Assembly: GCA_022711715.1 (NCBI GenBank)
Contig: JAKLEC010000001.1
Span: 112,860-176,859 of the forward strand
Source of the DNA: Acidobacteriota bacterium
Lineage (GTDB): Bacteria > Acidobacteriota > Aminicenantia > UBA2199
Reading direction: 5' to 3'
DNA length: 64,000 bases
Shown here: in pieces, positions 1 to 7,246 of the stretch
Position numbering within the stretch: the stretch's first letter is position 1
How the letters are laid out: each line of letters starts with the position of its first letter
Notes under the pieces: generated by a model
The model's input: the letters and a program-made list of their open reading frames with translations, nothing else
Database searches by the model: none
What the model was told of the DNA's origin: nothing
Position numbers and translations under genes: made by a program

Positions 1-2
1 GC

Positions 3-662
3 ATGGAGGAGATGAAGTCCGACATGGCCGGCGCCGCCGCCGTGCTGGGGGCGGTCAACGCCGCCGCCCGCCTGCGCCTGGGCCTGAAGGTGACGGCGCT
101 GGCGCCGCTGGCCGAGAACCTGCCCGGCCGCCGCGCCTACAAGCCGGGGGACGTCATCGCCTACGCCAACGGCAAGACGGTGGAGATCGTCAATACCGAC
201 GCCGAGGGCCGGCTGATCCTGGCCGACGCCCTGATCGCGGCCGCCCGGCGCCGGCCCGGCCGCATCGTCGAGCTCTCCACCCTCACCGGCGCCATCGTCA
301 CCGCCCTGGGCGACTCCTACGCCGGGCTCTTCTGCCGCGACCGCCGGCTGGCGGCCGCGCTGCTGCGTGCCGGCGAGGCCAGCGGCGAGCGGCTGTGGCA
401 GCTGCCCCTGCCCGAGGAATACCGCGAGAGCATCGCCTCCAAGGTCGCCGATCTGAAGAACGCCAACTACAACGGCGCCTCATCGGTCAAGGCCGGGCTG
501 TTCCTCGCCGAGTTCGCCGGACGCGTCCCCTTCGCCCACATCGACATCGCCGGCACGGCGTTCCTGGGCAAGCCCAACGCCTTCTATGCCGCCGAAGGCG
601 CCACCGGCTTCGGCGTGCGCCTGCTGGTCGAGTTCATGAGGGAGCTGGCCCGCTCTAAATGA
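3..662 (+). CDS. pepA: Leucyl aminopeptidase (peptidase M17), C-terminal catalytic part; 5' end outside window
   Basis: ORF open to the left edge. M17 signatures MKSDMAGAAAV and NTDAEGRLILADAL. GC3-rich codon usage. Confidence 0.9.
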   Translation: MEEMKSDMAGAAAVLGAVNAAARLRLGLKVTALAPLAENLPGRRAYKPGDVIAYANGKTVEIVNTDAEGRLILADALIAAARRRPGRIVELSTLTGAIVTALGDSYAGLFCRDRRLAAALLRAGEASGERLWQLPLPEEYRESIASKVADLKNANYNGASSVKAGLFLAEFAGRVPFAHIDIAGTAFLGKPNAFYAAEGATGFGVRLLVEFMRELARSK

Positions 663-685
663 ACATGGAGTCGCGGCCAGCGGGA

Positions 686-795
686 CTTGGCGTACGGCGT
701 ACGGCAAACGGTGGACGGCAAAAGGCAATTTCAGGATCAGGTGCTGGCATGGCAGTTGCCGTATGCCCTACGCCGTATGCCGTATGCCGAGCTCA
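686..795. repeat. GCCGTAY-type hairpin element (empty form)
   Basis: Left arm ggcgtac ggcgtac ggcaaac ggtggac ggcaaaa (689-728). Right arm tgccgta tgcccta cgccgta tgccgta tgccgagc (757-792). About 25-nt loop. Confidence 0.85.
745..760 (+). promoter_or_regulatory. Sigma54-type -24/-12 element TGGCAT-N5-TTGCC
   Basis: TGGCATGGCAGTTGCC has the canonical GG-N10-GC spacing, about 60 nt upstream of ATG 820. It sits in the loop of a repeat hairpin, so it could be fortuitous. Confidence 0.4.
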
Positions 796-819
796 TCGTC
801 GAGGTCCTGAGAGGATAAG

Positions 820-1305
820 ATGAATGAACTGTACAGCGTCCACTCCCTGATCCGCGGCTTCGCCTACGAAGGAACGACGTACGAGGAGGTGAAGGTCGCC
901 TGGTTCGTCGCCGGGCGCGCCGCCCCGCTCGTCCCCTTTGAACAGGCCATCCAGGACTGCACCCGCCTCTCCGCCAGCGAGCGCGCTTTCCCCGAGGGCT
1001 ACGTCCGCGAGTTTTTCGGCCGCGAAGAGGCGCAGGCGCTGAAGGCCTACCTGGATCGCCGCCGCGAACTGACGACCTTCATCGAGCCCGTCGAGTTGCC
1101 GGTCATGGCCAACGCCAGCGGCTGCCGGAGGCTGCCGCGCGGCCACGGCGCCGACTTCCTGGCCCTGCACCGCGAGAAGGGATACTCCCTGCCGTTCAAG
1201 GTCGAGGGCTATTTCAGCGTGCGCCTGGCGGCTCCCCGCGTGCAGGGCGACGACCGCCGGACGGAAATCGCGGCAAGGGCTGCCAAAAAATCGAGTGACA
1301 AGTGA
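820..1305 (+). CDS. Hypothetical protein, 161 aa, no family recognised
   Basis: ATG preceded by GAGAGGA. GC3-rich codons. TGA stop lies inside a GAGTGAC heptamer array. Sigma54-like motif about 60 nt upstream. Confidence 0.6.
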   Translation: MNELYSVHSLIRGFAYEGTTYEEVKVAWFVAGRAAPLVPFEQAIQDCTRLSASERAFPEGYVREFFGREEAQALKAYLDRRRELTTFIEPVELPVMANASGCRRLPRGHGADFLALHREKGYSLPFKVEGYFSVRLAAPRVQGDDRRTEIAARAAKKSSDK

Positions 1306-1326
1306 CGAGTTATGAGTGACGAGGCA
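1292..1326. repeat. GAGTGAC-type heptamer array (4-5 units)
   Basis: gagtgac aagtgac gagttat gagtgac gaggcat. TGA occurs at 1296, 1303, 1313 and 1317, covering all three frames. Contains the stop codon of CDS 820-1305. Confidence 0.85.
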
Positions 1327-1337
1327 TAAAAAGACTA

Positions 1338-1427
1338 ATCGATCGTAATTCGTGATTCGGTAGAAAAACAGCGACGGAGCGAACTATTGCTGTTGCGAAT
1401 TACGAATTACGCCTTACGAATTACGAT
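1338..1427. repeat. CGTRATT-armed hairpin element, copy 1
   Basis: atcgatCGTAATTCGTGATTCGg - core aaaaACAGCGAcggagcgaactatTGCTGTT - gCGAATTACGAATTACGccttACGAATTACGat. Confidence 0.9.
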
Positions 1428-1429
1428 GC

Positions 1430-1924
1430 TTACTGCTCGATGCCGCCGAAATCGTCGTCCGACAGCGACTCGAACCAGCGGTCGATGCGCTCCTGGCCGG
1501 TGAGGCAGTTGCTGAACACGTCGGCCAGCACCGACGTCTCCAGCACCTGGCGGGAAACGTAGATCTTGGCGTGGTTCTTGAGCGCCAGCGCTACGGCGTC
1601 GGAGGGACGGCAGTCGATCACCCGCTCCTGGCCGTTCTTCTCGATGTGCAACTCGGCGTAATAGGTGTTCTCGACGATATCGGTGATGATGACCTTGGCC
1701 AGGATGGCCTCCAGGTCGCGCATGATGTTGCGCAGCAGGTCGTGGGTCATGGGCCGGGGCGAGCAGATGTTCTCCAGCTCCATGGCGATGGCATTGGCCT
1801 CGTTCATGCCGATCCAGATGGGGATGACCTTCTTCTCGTCGCGGGCCTTGAGCATCATCACTGGCGACTTGGAAACCTGGTCCATGATCAGGCCGACGAG
1901 GTTGACTTCGATGAACGGTTCCAT
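1430..1924 (-). CDS. Bifunctional nuclease family protein (BFN/DUF151)
   Basis: Matches the BFN pattern (VIPIWIGMNEANAIAMELE...PRPMTHDLL...RPSDAVALAL). ATG at 1924 is preferred over the in-frame GTG at 1933 because a TTGACA-17-TATATA promoter ends at 1935. Confidence 0.85.
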   Translation of the reverse strand: MEPFIEVNLVGLIMDQVSKSPVMMLKARDEKKVIPIWIGMNEANAIAMELENICSPRPMTHDLLRNIMRDLEAILAKVIITDIVENTYYAELHIEKNGQERVIDCRPSDAVALALKNHAKIYVSRQVLETSVLADVFSNCLTGQERIDRWFESLSDDDFGGIEQ

Positions 1925-1934
1925 GTTCCCCACT

Positions 1935-1963
1935 TATATAGTATCAATTCGCGGTTTTGTCAA
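1935..1963 (-). promoter_or_regulatory. Sigma70-type promoter TTGACA-17-TATATA for the BFN nuclease gene
   Basis: Minus strand reads TTGACAaaaccgcgaattgatacTATATA. The -10 box ends 10 nt before ATG 1924, giving a very short leader. Confidence 0.6.
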
Positions 1964-2023
1964 TTTGGAAGGAAACAAGCGGTCGTGACGGTGGCAGCGG
2001 TAGAAGAGGCATTGACTGAAGCG

Positions 2024-2117
2024 ATCGCAATTCGTAAGGCGCAATTCGTAATTCGCAACAGCGATAGTTCGCTCCGTCGCTGTTTTTCTGCCGAATCGCG
2101 AATTCCGATCAATCGAT
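2024..2117. repeat. CGTRATT-armed hairpin element, copy 2 (inverted relative to copy 1)
   Basis: Reverse complement of 1338-1427 aligns with about 6 mismatches and one small indel over about 90 nt (hand alignment). Confidence 0.9.
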
Positions 2118-2127
2118 TTTCCTGATT

Positions 2128-2156
2128 CGTCACGCGTCACGCGTTTCGCGTCACGA
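2128..2156. repeat. GTCACGC heptamer array (complement of GCGTGAC), 4 units
   Basis: gtcacgc gtcacgc gtttcgc gtcacga. Contains the mazG stop codon on the minus strand. Confidence 0.85.
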
Positions 2157-2930
2157 TGGCTCGGTCAGCTCCGTCTTGGACCTCTGCCACAGCGCCTCCA
2201 TCTCCGCCAGCGAGGCGGAGGCGACGTCCCGGCCGCCGCGGCGCAGCTCGGCCTCGATGAAGCGGAAGCGGGCGGTGAACTTGCGGTTGGCGCGCGCCAA
2301 AGCGAACTCGGGGTTGATGTCCAGCAGCCGCGCCACGTTGGCCACGGCGAACAGCAGGTCGCCGACCTCGTCCTCGGCCGCATGGCGGCGGCCGGCGGCG
2401 ATCTCGGCGCGCAGCTCGGCGCACTCCTCGGCGACCTTCTCCAGCGCCTGCCCGGCGTCGCCCCAGTCGAAGCCGACCCCCGAGGCCTGCGAGGCGATGC
2501 GCTTGGCCAGCAGCAGCGCCGGCATGGAGGCCGGGTAATCGGAGATGACGCTGGCCTTGTTTTTCTCGGCGATCTTGATTTTCTCCCAGTTGGCCTTGAC
2601 CTCGTCGGCGTTGTCGACCTTCGTCCCGGCAAAGATATGCGGGTGGCGGCGCACCAGCTTCTCGACGATGCCGGCGGCGACGTCGTCGATGGTGAAGCGT
2701 CCCTCCTCGGCGGCGATCTGGGACAGGAAAACGATCTGCAGCAGCAGGTCGCCCAGCTCCTCGCGCACGGCCCGCGGGTCGTTGCCGTCGATGGCCTCGA
2801 GCAGCTCGTGAGCCTCTTCCAGGACGTACTCCTTGAGCGAGGCGGGGGTCTGCTTCAGGTCCCAGGGGCAGCCGCGCTTGGGATGGCGCAGCTTCTTCAT
2901 GACGGCGACCAGGCGGTTGAACGGCTTCAT
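2151..2930 (-). CDS. mazG: Nucleoside triphosphate pyrophosphohydrolase MazG
   Basis: Two MazG repeats (EEAHELLEAI, GDLLLQIVF; EECAELRAEI, GDLLFAVANV). ATG 2930 chosen because the upstream ATG 2966 lies inside the predicted -10 box. Stop lies inside a GCGTGAC array. Confidence 0.9.
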   Translation of the reverse strand: MKPFNRLVAVMKKLRHPKRGCPWDLKQTPASLKEYVLEEAHELLEAIDGNDPRAVREELGDLLLQIVFLSQIAAEEGRFTIDDVAAGIVEKLVRRHPHIFAGTKVDNADEVKANWEKIKIAEKNKASVISDYPASMPALLLAKRIASQASGVGFDWGDAGQALEKVAEECAELRAEIAAGRRHAAEDEVGDLLFAVANVARLLDINPEFALARANRKFTARFRFIEAELRRGGRDVASASLAEMEALWQRSKTELTEPS

Positions 2931-2961
2931 GGCGGTGTCCCCCGCAGCGCGGGGAAGCGAT

Positions 2962-2990
2962 ATCATAGCCCGGAACGGCCCTTATGGCAA
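2962..2990 (-). promoter_or_regulatory. Sigma70-type promoter TTGCCA-17-TATGAT for mazG
   Basis: Read on the minus strand. About 30 nt upstream of ATG 2930. Confidence 0.5.
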
Positions 2991-3015
2991 GGGCAGCAGA
3001 TCTGTCCACAATGCT

Positions 3016-3225
3016 CGTGGCAAGTGACGCGTGACGAGCGACAAGTAGCAGCACGGGAACGAGCGATCGTAATTCGTGATTCGTAATTCGTGATTCGGAA
3101 CGGCAATAGTTCGGCTCATGCTGTTCCTAACACAAACACGAACCCGAACACGGAGAAAGGCTTTTCCCGCCCTCTCTTCCCTCATTCCTCCCTCCCTCTT
3201 CCCTTTATTTTCCCTGTGATTTTGA
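3016..3225. repeat. Composite mosaic: GTGAC array - linker - CGTRATT array - AACGGCAATAG core - CACAAA/CACGAA array - CTTCCC-rich arm
   Basis: Read directly from the sequence. The first four modules are colinear with 46067-46237. Confidence 0.85.
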
Positions 3226-3250
3226 ATCTGGAACTCCCCTGTGGTATAGT
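3222..3250 (+). promoter_or_regulatory. Sigma70-type promoter TTGAAT-17-(TGg)TATAGT, leaderless configuration
   Basis: The -10 box ends at 3250 and the ATG is at 3258. Confidence 0.55.
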
Positions 3251-3257
3251 GGGGTCC

Positions 3258-3536
3258 ATGGCCAAGGGGATCGCTTATCCGGAGCAACGGGACATCCGCG
3301 CCGTCATCATCCTGCTCGCCACCCAGGGGATGATCCGCCTGGGCGAGATCCCCGACCCGCTCAGCGGCCAGCCCGCCCTTGACGCCGACGGGGGGCGCTT
3401 CTTCATCGACCTGCTCGAGGAGCTCAAGCGCAAGACGGCGGGCAACCTGCTTCCCCAGGAAGCGGCCTTCCTTGACGACGTGCTGGGCAACCTGCGCCAG
3501 GTGCTGGCGCGCAAGACGGAGGCCGCCCGTGGCTAG
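3258..3536 (+). CDS. DUF1844 domain protein
   Basis: DUF1844-like sequence (LATQGMIRLGEIPDP...FFIDLLEELKRKTAGNL). ATG begins 7 nt after a TGgTATAGT extended -10, so this is a leaderless candidate. Confidence 0.75.
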   Translation: MAKGIAYPEQRDIRAVIILLATQGMIRLGEIPDPLSGQPALDADGGRFFIDLLEELKRKTAGNLLPQEAAFLDDVLGNLRQVLARKTEAARG

Positions 3537-5304
3537 GCGCACGCGGGGGCTGGCCTCCGGCCTGCTGCTGCTGACCGTCCTCCCCGCCCTGGCGGCGGGG
3601 GCGGCCAATCCCTGGGGCGACCTGAAGAAGATCCGCTTCTACGAGGCCGGCGGCGACCTGGCCCAGGTGCGCCGCGCCCTGGAGCGCCTCGACGCCCAGG
3701 GCCTGCCGCCCAACGACAAGGCCGAGCTGCTGCGCGATCTCGTCGACCTGGGCGACCGCTACCGGGGCCGGGGGAACGACCCCCTGGCCGAGGCCTTCTA
3801 CCGCAAGGCGCTGGCCGTCTCGCCGCGGGACGCCTGGCCGGTCTACAACGCCCTGGAGCGCATGGCCCGCCGGCGCGGCCGCCTCCTCTGGCGCTTCACC
3901 GACGTCGGGCGGCAGTTCGCCCTGGTGACGCATGGCTTCAGCGGCTCGTTCATGCTGCTGGCCTCGATCTTCGACGTCCTGATGTTCGCGGGGCTGCTGC
4001 TGTTCTTCATGGTCGCCGCCGCCCTGGCCGTCCGCTACGTCAAGCTGGCCGCCCACGACTTCATCCTGGAGGGGCGGGACCGCTTCCAGTGGCTGAACCT
4101 GCTGATCCTGCTGCTGCTCCTGCTCTGGCCGCTGCTGCTCACCGGCGGCTGGGCGATCTACCCCTTCCTGCTCTGCGGCGTCCTCTGGAGCTACCTCAGC
4201 CATGACGAGCGCGTCACCGTCAAGCGCATCCAGGCCCTGCTGCTGGTCCTTGCCTGCCTGTACGGCGTGGGCCAGTACCTGCAGCGCAGCCTGTCCAGCC
4301 CCGGCTTCCAGGCCGTGCAGCAGGCCTACTCCGGCCGCCTCTTTCCCGCCGAGAAGGTCGCCGGCTTCGACAACGAGCTGAAGGTCATGGCGGCCTACGC
4401 CTACTACCATGACGGCCAGGGCGAAACCGCCTGGGACATCCTGCAGGAGACGGGAGGCGCCTACGGCACGCCGCTGAAATACACCCTGATGGGCGACATC
4501 CAGCTGGAGCGGGGCAACGTGCCGATGGCCATCCAGGCCTACCGCCAGGCGCTGCGCCTGGACAGCGGCAACCCGGCGACGTTGAAGAACTTCACCGTCG
4601 CCCTGCTGCGCAACAACGACCCGGAGCTCTTCCACTTCTACGGCAAGAGCTACCCGCAGATCAACCGCTACAAGGACCGGGTGTCGCAGATGCAGAAGGA
4701 GCCCCTGCCGATCGCGCTCCTGTGGCGGCGGCTGCTGCGCTTCTCCTGGCAGCGCTTCCACTTCTGGCACTTCCTGGAGGTGACCGCCCTCGAGTTCCTG
4801 CGCTTCCCGGTGCTGCTGGCCATGCTGGCCATGGCGGCCACCATCCAGCTGCTGCGGCGCTTCTCCCCCGCCCTGGGGCAGAGCGTCTTCTGCAGCAAGT
4901 GCGGCAAGATCATCCGCAAACTGTCGATCGAGCAGGCGCAGTCGCACGCGCTGTGCGAGGAGTGCTACCAGCTCTTCCTGATCAAGGATCCCATCTTCCT
5001 GGAGGCCAAGCTGCTCAAGGAGAAGGAGATCGGCCGCCGCCTGCAGCGCAAGCAGGCGCTGCTGCTGGGGACGTCGCTGCTCGTGCCCGGCTTCATCCTG
5101 AACTTCCGCAACCAGGGCAAGGCCTTCGCCCTGCTCTTTTTCCTCTTCGCCTCGTGCTTCGGCCTGTACGCCGTCAACGCCCTGAATTTCAAGGGCGTCT
5201 TCGGCACGGCGCCCATGTTCCTGAACCTGGCCGGGCTGGCCGCCCTGCTGCTCTACCTGGGCATCGCCGTCTATGTCCAGCGGGAGGGCCCCGATGGCCT
5301 TTAA
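3529..5304 (+). CDS. Polytopic membrane protein with TPR-like N-terminal region and CxxC...CxxC zinc-ribbon-like motif
   Basis: GTG 3529 overlaps the DUF1844 stop by 8 nt. Signal/TM segment LASGLLLLTVLPALAAG, many hydrophobic helices, and CSKCGK...CEECY. Start codon uncertain. Confidence 0.7.
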   Translation: MARRTRGLASGLLLLTVLPALAAGAANPWGDLKKIRFYEAGGDLAQVRRALERLDAQGLPPNDKAELLRDLVDLGDRYRGRGNDPLAEAFYRKALAVSPRDAWPVYNALERMARRRGRLLWRFTDVGRQFALVTHGFSGSFMLLASIFDVLMFAGLLLFFMVAAALAVRYVKLAAHDFILEGRDRFQWLNLLILLLLLLWPLLLTGGWAIYPFLLCGVLWSYLSHDERVTVKRIQALLLVLACLYGVGQYLQRSLSSPGFQAVQQAYSGRLFPAEKVAGFDNELKVMAAYAYYHDGQGETAWDILQETGGAYGTPLKYTLMGDIQLERGNVPMAIQAYRQALRLDSGNPATLKNFTVALLRNNDPELFHFYGKSYPQINRYKDRVSQMQKEPLPIALLWRRLLRFSWQRFHFWHFLEVTALEFLRFPVLLAMLAMAATIQLLRRFSPALGQSVFCSKCGKIIRKLSIEQAQSHALCEECYQLFLIKDPIFLEAKLLKEKEIGRRLQRKQALLLGTSLLVPGFILNFRNQGKAFALLFFLFASCFGLYAVNALNFKGVFGTAPMFLNLAGLAALLLYLGIAVYVQREGPDGL

Positions 5305-6280
5305 GGGCACGCTGCGCGAGTTCAAGGTCCCGGACATCCTGCAGCTCATCTCGCTGCAGAAGAAGACCGGCATCCTGACCTTCAACAGCCAGGAAGGCTT
5401 CATCACCCTCATCTTCGAGGACGGCTACATCATCGGCATCGACGCCTTTCCCAAGAAGCTGGAGATGCGCGTGGGCAACGTCTTCGTCAAGCAGGAGATC
5501 ATCAGCGAGGAGATGCTGCAGCGGGCGCTGGCCATCCAGAAGCGCACCAGCCAGAAGGTCGGCGAGATCCTCATCGGCATGGGGCTGATCGACGAGAAGA
5601 TCATCCCCGAGGTGCTCAAGATCCAGGCCACGCAGATCGTGCTGTCGCTGTTCAACTGGAAGAAGGGCGAGTACAACTTCAAGGTCCTGGACTACGTCGA
5701 CAAGGAGCTGCGCCTGTTCACCCCCATCGCCGTCGACAACCTGATCATGGAAGGGGTGCAGATGCTCGACGAGTGGCCGCTGATCAAGAAGGCCATCCCG
5801 TCGGAGGACATCGTCTTCGAGCCGGTGTTCCTGGGCAGCAAGAAGGTCGCCCTGGTTTCGGAGTACGACGACGAGGCCCCCGCCGGGGACGGCAACACCC
5901 TGCACATGACCGAGACCGAGGTCAACCTGCTCAAGCACATCAACGGCCGCAACTCGGTCCGGGACATCGTCGAGCTGGGGCAGTTCACCGAGTACAAGGT
6001 CTACAAGACCCTGTACAACCTCCTCAACAAGGGGCTGATGAAGAAGAAGGTGAAGACCGAGATCCAGGAGATCGAGGAGCGCAAGCGCTTCGAGGACCTG
6101 GAGCAGGAGAACGCCCGCAAGTGCGGCCTGATCGGCCGGCTGCTGCTGGCGGCGCTGGCCCTGCTGCTGTTGCTCACCTTCTTCACGCCGCTGCGCCCCT
6201 TCCGCCGCGACAACATGCTCTTGCGGGCGCCGGAGTACCGCCAGCGCCTGCCCCTCTCCCTGCCTCGCGCCGAGCGATGA
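5294..6280 (+). CDS. DUF4388 (PatA-N-like) domain protein with C-terminal TM segment
   Basis: N-terminus FKGTLREFKVPDILQLISLQKKTGILTF is typical of DUF4388. ATG 5294 overlaps the upstream stop. Confidence 0.75.
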   Translation: MAFKGTLREFKVPDILQLISLQKKTGILTFNSQEGFITLIFEDGYIIGIDAFPKKLEMRVGNVFVKQEIISEEMLQRALAIQKRTSQKVGEILIGMGLIDEKIIPEVLKIQATQIVLSLFNWKKGEYNFKVLDYVDKELRLFTPIAVDNLIMEGVQMLDEWPLIKKAIPSEDIVFEPVFLGSKKVALVSEYDDEAPAGDGNTLHMTETEVNLLKHINGRNSVRDIVELGQFTEYKVYKTLYNLLNKGLMKKKVKTEIQEIEERKRFEDLEQENARKCGLIGRLLLAALALLLLLTFFTPLRPFRRDNMLLRAPEYRQRLPLSLPRAER

Positions 6281-7179
6281 GACGGCACTTCCGCCTGCAG
6301 GGGCTGCCCGGCCCCAGCGCCCTGGCCATCGGCAACTTCGACGGTTTCCACGCCGGCCACCGGCGCGTCCTGCGCCTGCTGGCCGCCCAGGCCCGGCGCC
6401 GCCGGCTGGAGGCGGCGGTCCTCACCTTCCATCCCCACCCGCGGGTGTTCCTCGGCCAGGACGTGCGCCTGATCCAGACCGACGCCCAGCGCCTGGAGAT
6501 CCTGAGCCTCCAGGAACTGGATCATCTCTTCTTCATCGACTTCGCCGCCGTGGCCGGCATCCCGGCCGCCGACTTCGTGAGCGGCGTGCTGCTGGCCGCC
6601 CTGCGCGCGCGCCTGCTGGTCGTCGGCTCGGACTTCCGCTTCGGCCGCGGCCGCGAGGGCGACCTGGCCTTCCTGCGCCGCGCCGTTGCCGGTCGCTGCG
6701 CCGTCGTCGCCGCCCCCGACGCCGTGGTCGACGGCCGGCGCGTGGCCAGCTCGCTCATCCGCCGCCTGCTGGCGCTCGGGCAGGTGCGCGAGGCATCCCG
6801 GCTGCTGGGACGCCCCTACTGCATCGACGGCATCGTCGTGCGCGGCGCCGGCCGGGGCACGGAGCTGGGCTTCCCCACCATGAACATCGACAGCGCCAAC
6901 GACATCCTGCCGGGCGGCGTCTTCCGCACCGAGTTGGAGCTGCGCGCCTTTCCCGGCCGCCGGCTGCCCTCGGCCACCTTCATCGGCCGCGCCCCGGCCT
7001 TCACCGACCCGGCGCGGCCGCTGCGCGTCGAGACCCACGTGCCCGGCTTCCGCGCCAGCGTCTACGGCCGCCGCGTGCGCCTGCACTTCATCGCCAAGAT
7101 CCGCGAGGAGAAGAGATTCGCCGGCGCCGCCGAGCTGACGGCCCAGATCCGCCGCGACCTCGACGCCCTGGGCGATTGA
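6277..7179 (+). CDS. ribF: Bifunctional riboflavin kinase / FAD synthetase
   Basis: GNFDGFHAGH, GSDFRFG and GFPTMN motifs. ATGA start/stop overlap with the upstream gene. The long N-terminal extension of the tracked ORF (5773) is rejected. Confidence 0.9.
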   Translation: MRRHFRLQGLPGPSALAIGNFDGFHAGHRRVLRLLAAQARRRRLEAAVLTFHPHPRVFLGQDVRLIQTDAQRLEILSLQELDHLFFIDFAAVAGIPAADFVSGVLLAALRARLLVVGSDFRFGRGREGDLAFLRRAVAGRCAVVAAPDAVVDGRRVASSLIRRLLALGQVREASRLLGRPYCIDGIVVRGAGRGTELGFPTMNIDSANDILPGGVFRTELELRAFPGRRLPSATFIGRAPAFTDPARPLRVETHVPGFRASVYGRRVRLHFIAKIREEKRFAGAAELTAQIRRDLDALGD

Positions 7180-7246
7180 CAAGCCGGCGCTTTTTTGTTA
7201 CAGTTTTCCTAAGCCTTTCCCGAACCCGACACCAGGAGCCACCACC

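Noticed and set aside
686-2117. Attempt to infer the transcribed strand of the hairpin elements from G-U versus A-C mismatch asymmetry.
   Set aside because: Hand pairing gave wobble pairs on the plus strand for some arms (686-795, 1338-1427) but balanced G-U/A-C counts for others (2024-2117). This is not decisive without computation.
1292-2156. Composite transposon or IS carrying the BFN nuclease gene.
   Set aside because: - No transposase or recombinase is present in the window.
- No target-site duplication was evident by eye.
- The same elements occur singly elsewhere.
- Retained only as a cassette hypothesis in the findings.
3424-5412. Very long antisense or alternative-frame ORFs. Examples: 3424-5412(-), 6001-7182(-), 10054-12774(-), 26356-28869(+), 30911-33787(-), 48841-51375(+), 51917-54379(+), 54933-57803(+), 58157-60607(+).
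   Set aside because: - Their translations are Arg/Ala/Gly/Pro/His-rich low-complexity strings, typical of stop-poor non-coding frames in high-GC DNA.
- Each lies opposite or out of frame to a CDS with clear family motifs.
7181-7197. Possible intrinsic terminator AAGCCGGCGCTTTTTT after ribF.
   Set aside because: The stem is only about 4 bp with a tetraloop, which is too weak to call. tig may be co-transcribed or have its own promoter.
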